DNA from: the human T2T-CHM13v2.0 reference genome, Homo sapiens
Reading direction: 5' to 3' (one strand)
Assembly (NCBI RefSeq): GCF_009914755.1
Contig: NC_060935.1
Length of the DNA stretch: 64,000 bases
Shown: positions 58,162 through 64,000 of the stretch, one piece after another
Layout: the number at the start of each line of letters is the position of its first letter
Numbering within the stretch: position 1 is the stretch's first letter
Made by a program: the position numbers and the translations under genes
Notes under the pieces: model-generated
Seen by the model: only the letters and a program-made list of their open reading frames with translations
Databases searched by the model: none
Told to the model about the DNA's origin: nothing

Positions 58162-59115
58162 CTAGGAGCCAGATAAGAAGAAAAACAGTCTGTTACGTTT
58201 ACCCACTGCAGGCCCCGCTCCTCCGCAGTATAGCATCATGCCTTTAAGAGTACACCCTCAGCTCTTGGCTTCTCCTTCAAAAGAGAAAGCAAATACTGGC
58301 ACAAGTGTTTTTACTTTTGGCCTTTTGAAGCTTTGGCAAAGATTGGTTTCTGCCCCCCGTGACACGGAGTGCTGAGAGAAATGGTGGTACTCTGAGTGAC
58401 AGGCTGGGTCTGCTGAGACCGAAAGGAAATACCCATGACAGCGGTAGGAAGGCTGCAGCAGCAGCACCAGGCGACAAGTGTATTGTGTGATTCCAGGGCA
58501 CTACAAAGAAAGCTGAGAAACCCTCTTTAAATGAAAAATACACACACAATTCCACACAAGACACATCCCAGAACAGGCTTAAGAGGCCTCTAGAATCTGG
58601 GCCTATTTGTTTTAGATGACCCCAGGAGAAAGGCACATTATAAAGGTTGTGGCAGGAGGCTTGTTGTTAATGCCTGAATCTCAGTCAAAGATGACATGTA
58701 CAAAGTATTAGGGTCACATGGCATAATCAAAGAAATAAAAAAAGTTCAGAAATCAACCCTAAAATGATGGAGATGCATAAATTAACTGAAGAAAATAAAA
58801 TTACCATTTGAATAATGCTCAATGAGTAAAAATGGCAAAACAGCAAACTAAGTAAAATTAGGAAAATAAGGATACCAATAAAAAGACATGAAGTATGAAA
58901 AACAGACTGAGAAACTGAGGTATGAAAGGAAATAATTACTGAGAAATTCTCAAAAGTAAGAAAAAAATACAAAAAAATCAAGAAGCTCAACACATCAACT
59001 AGTATAAACAAAAAGGGACATAAGACACATTATAACCACAGTTTCCAAAGTCAAAGGAGAAAAGAATCCTGAAAGCAGCAAGTGAAAAGCAAGGTACATG
59101 CTCTTAGGAGATTAC

Positions 59116-59262
59116 CAGTGAATTTGTCCACAGAAACATTGAGGCCTGGCTGGGCACGGTGGTTCACACCTGTAATCCCAGCACTTTGGGAGGCTGAGGC
59201 AGGCAGATCGCTTGAGCCCAGGAGTTCAAGACAAGCCTGAGTAGCATGGTGAAATCCCATCT
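59116..59262 (-). CDS. ZNF195: ZNF195 Alu-derived alternative exon (147 nt, EMGFHHATQ...VDKFT)
   Basis: Acceptor in the antisense Alu linker (ttttctgtag|), donor G|GTAATC in flanking L1 sequence; phase 1-1. Confidence 0.85.
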
Positions 59263-59439
59263 CTACAGAAAATACAAAAAAATTAGCTGTGTATGCTGTT
59301 GCACACTTGTAGTCCCAACTACTCAGAAGGCTGGAGTGGGAGAATCACCTGAACCTGGGAAGTGGAGGCCGCAGTGAGCCACGATCACACCACTGCACTT
59401 CCAGCCTGAGTGACAGAATAAATCCCTGTCTCAAAAAAA
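59148..59439 (+). mobile_element. AluJb (exonised in antisense)
   Basis: Alu dimer with J diagnostics. Confidence 0.92.
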
Positions 59440-61551
59440 GTACAACCTGAAGCAAGAAGGGAATTGGATGAGATAGTCTAATTGCTGAACACAAAACTTC
59501 CAAGCAAGAATAATATAACCAGTGTCCTACAAAATCATAAAAAATAAAGGCTTTCTAACATAACCAAGGGCTACATTACCACTACACATGTCAAACAAGA
59601 AATGGTAAAAGGAGTCCTTTCCACTGAAAATAATGCGATGCTATAAAATAATATATAATCATATCAAAATAAATATATGGAAAAGATACGCATATACAGA
59701 AAAATAAAATTCTGTGGTACTATAATGATGGTGCAGAAATCACTTTTAATTATTATCTAAAATTTGAAAGATGAAAGTAGAAAAATAATCATAAATAACT
59801 GTTAATGGATATACAACATTAAATGATTTAGGGATATCAGTAACAAAGTTGAGGGCAGATTTAATAAGAAAGAATTTTTGTATACAACTAAAGTTAAGTA
59901 TTTACCAGTGTAAAATACCTTGTTGTAACTTTAAGATGTTTTATATAATTTCCATGGTAACCACAAAGAAAATACCTATAAGACACACAAAAGAAAATTT
60001 AAAAAGAGTCAAAGCTTATTATACAAAGTACAAGACACAAAAAGGAAAGAGAGAAAGAAAAAGCTACAAGAATCAAGTAAAAAAAATACAATGGCTAAAG
60101 TACACCTTTTCATTTCAGTAAATTGCTTATTTAGGAACTAAACTACTCAATCAAAAGGCATATGCTAAATAATTTAAAACCAAACTAAGATCAAACTACA
60201 GCTGACCTACAAGAGATTCACTTGAGATCTAATGACAAAAAGAGACTGAAAGTGGCAAGATGGAAATAGACATTTCATGCAAATGTTAATGAAATGAGAG
60301 CAGAAGAGGTTACAATTGTATTATGCAAAATACATCTTAAGTCAAAAAATGTCATACTTCCTAAAACATACTTTAAGTCAGAGCTCACAAAAAACAAGAA
60401 CATAAAACAGTAACAGAAGGGAGAATGAACTGGGAACCTATGACAAGCGTGGGTGCATATTCGTATATATATTTAGGTATTGAAGTAACTTCCTATTATA
60501 CTGCTATTTTTTGCTTCAATTTTGCAAGTTCTTTATAAACAATTACAGCATCAAAGCAAGAAACAGACAGCAATATAATATTGGCATACTTCTACAACCC
60601 ACTTTCAGTAATAAATGATAAAGCAAGACTTAATAATTGTAGAGAGGACTTGAAAGCACTACAAAACAATTCCACCTCACAGATATAGAGAGAACACTCC
60701 ACACAACACAGCAGGAGACACACTCTTCCCAAGAGCTCAGAAAACATTCTCTAGGATAGGCCACCTGTTAAACAAATAAATAAGTCTTAACAAATTTCAA
60801 AAAATTGAAGTCTTCTGCATTACTATATATGACCAAAATGAAATGAACCTGGAAATAACAAAGAAAAACAAAAAAAATCACAAATATATGGAAATTAAAC
60901 AACACATTTGAGCATGCTCTTGTTCAAAGGTTGAAATACTTAATATTGCAAAGATGTTCACGCTGTCCAATGCAATCTACAAACTCCAGGCAATCTCTTT
61001 CAGATTTTGAATCCTCTTTTTGCAGAAATAAAAGCAACAACCTAAAAATCCTAAGACATCTCAAGGGGCTGTAAAGCACCCAACAATTTTCAAACAGAGG
61101 AACAATGCTGGAGGTATCACACTGTCTGATTTCAAAACACATTACAAGGCGACCGTAATTAAAACAGTTTGGTACTGGTATAAAGGCAGACAAATAGACC
61201 AATAAAACAGAATGTAGCACAGATTTAAAAATAAAACACAGAAAAAACTGTAAAACAAATATAATAGCTAAAGTATGGGATTTATTGAACACTATGATCT
61301 AAACTAACATATTCATGAAAGAAGTCTTACAAAAAATACATAGCAGAAAAGCAGTAGAGGTATTATTTGAAGAAAAAAAGGTTGTTAACTTTCCAAATTT
61401 CAGTATGATAAAAATGTTACTAACCAAGAACACTTGATCTAGAATAATTTCACTTCAAAAGAACAGGGGGAAAATAAAGACTTTCCAAAATAAATAAAAA
61501 GATGAGGGTGTTCACCACCACTAGTACAGTTCTACAAGAAATGCTAAAGGT

Positions 61552-61685
61552 TGGGTAGGCATGGTGGCTGATGCCCATAATGCCAGCTTTGGGTGGGCCA
61601 AGGCAGGAGGATTGCTTGAGGTCAGGAGTTAGGAATTAGCATGGTCAACAGAGCAAGACCCAATCTCTACAAAATACAGAAAAAA
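61552..61685 (+). mobile_element. FLAM monomer
   Basis: Single left-arm Alu monomer with gaggattgcttgag. Confidence 0.75.
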
Positions 61686-63348
61686 TACTCAAAAGACTTC
61701 ATCGTATTAAAAAAGACAATGATGCTAGACAGCATTATAAAACCATATGAAAATATAAAACTCTGTTAAAGGTATATAAGCAGATATATAATACTTTACT
61801 ATCATAATGATGGTGTAAAAAATTCAAAATTCTGCTATAATATCTGAAAAAATATCTGCATAAATCTTTGCTACCAGACACAAAATATATAATAATTTGT
61901 TACATTAACAGCACACTGGAGGGTGTTACAGTTTTTGTATTCAATGAAGTTGTGAGATTAAAATCTGTATTTATAATTTTAAGGTGTTTTATGTACTCTC
62001 CATTTTTCAAGGTGATCCCAAAGAAAATACCTATACAAGGTCTGCAAAACACAATGAGAAAAGAATGAAAGCTTGTCCACACAAAATCAACAAAACAAAC
62101 GATGAAGACAGTCAAAGAGGAAATGAGGGATAACATATCTACAAGAAACACAGAAAACAGTAACAATCAAGATGGTGATAGTAACTTCATTTCCTTCAGA
62201 AATTATTTTAAATATAAATTAACCTACTTATTGACCAGAAATAAAATAGCTGAATGGATTAAGAACAATATGCTAGCTACAAAAGACTCTAGCCTTAAAT
62301 AGTAAAATAGGCTGAAAGTGAAAATAAAAAAAAATTCCATGCAATTAGTAACCACAATCAGGTGGGGTGGTTATCCTTATATTAGACACAATATACTGTA
62401 AGTCAGAACTGTCACAGGAGATAAAGATTAATAGCATGTAATGGCAAAATGCGTACATTAACCAGGAACCTGTAACTGTTTATCTGTCTATATTTATATC
62501 TAACATCAGGGCTCCCAGATATATAAAGCAAATATGGAGAGAAGTGAAGCAAGACGTACACAGCAATACAATAATTATCAACTCTAAGACCCCATTTGCA
62601 ATACAGAATAGAAAATTACACAGAAGATCAATAAGAAAGCTTGGGCAACATTACAGACCAAATCAATTTAACAGACATGCATAGAACTCTCCAGTCCAAA
62701 GAAGCAGAATATACAATATTCTCAAATACACATAGTGCATTGTGTTACAACAAATAACAACTCTTAAAGATGAAAGTCTCATGACATGTTTTCTAACCAA
62801 AATGTAATAAAACTAGAAATCAAAAGCAAAAGTAAAACTGGCAATGCCAAAAATGTATGGAAATTAAAACCCTTGAACATACACATTCTTGCTCAATGGT
62901 CAGATAATTTAGTTTTTTAAAGATGTCAATACTGCCCACACTAATGTACACATTCAATGTAATCTCTATCAAATTCCCAAAGCTACTTTTTGATTTTTTA
63001 ATCCTAAAATTAGTTTAAGAACAATAACTAGTCAAAATTCTTTAAAAAGAACAAAGAGGCATTACACTTTCTGATTTTAAAACATATAAAGAGCTACGAA
63101 AATAAAAACAATGTGGTACTGACACAAAGACAGATAACTAAATGATGAAACAAAGCAGAGAGCCCAGAAATAAACCCTTGTGGATAAAATCAAGTAATTT
63201 TCCACAAGGTATCCATGACCACACAATGGAGAAAAGAATCCTTTCAACAAATGTTAAAAACCAGATATCTACATGGAAAAATGAAGTGGTATCTTTTCCT
63301 TGCACCATATACAAAAATATTTTAAATGAAAAACATAAAAATAGAATA

Positions 63349-63729
<381 letters not shown>

Positions 63730-64000
63730 TCAAACTTCAAACTTTCTGCAAATCAAAGAAAACAATGAGTGCAGTGAAAATACCACCTAAGAAATGGGTA
63801 AAAATCACACATTTGATAGGAGTGTATCCTTATATTCAGAGTATATAAGGAACTTTTACAACTAAACAACAAAAATTAAATAATTTGATTTAAAAATAGA
63901 TGAAGGACTAACTGAAATCTCTCCAAAAAAGATATGGAAATGCCCAACAAGCCTTGAATGAATGCTCAAATTACTTATCTATAGAGAAATGCAAAACAAA

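Overview
Human genomic DNA, recognisable as 11p15.4-15.5 from the 3' half of the KRAB zinc-finger gene ZNF195 (minus strand, right end) and an NDUFA5 processed pseudogene. Most of the window is transposon-derived: a full-length L1PA7-like LINE, many Alus including a young AluYd8, several solo LTRs, DNA-transposon MITEs and three minisatellites. It also holds a two-LTR HERV-F(c)-type provirus with a tRNA-Phe PBS, lacking integrase and most of env, that shows a G-to-A hypermutation signature. The standout is a diverged, unprocessed NPIP/morpheus-family paralog on the minus strand at about 35985-43714. It has an intact signal-peptide exon 1 (MRLRWLLFWFLVLGFPSHQSSH), a damaged exon 2, no recognisable exons 3-7, and a terminal exon with NPIP's PYxPYL...MGxQPPPP motif followed by its own 36-bp Pro/Cys repeat. 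Exon 1 spliced to the last exon would be in frame and give a 131-aa putative secreted peptide. ZNF195, the provirus and this paralog are all co-oriented. Family assignments and NPIP comparisons come from my recall of consensus sequences, not from searches.
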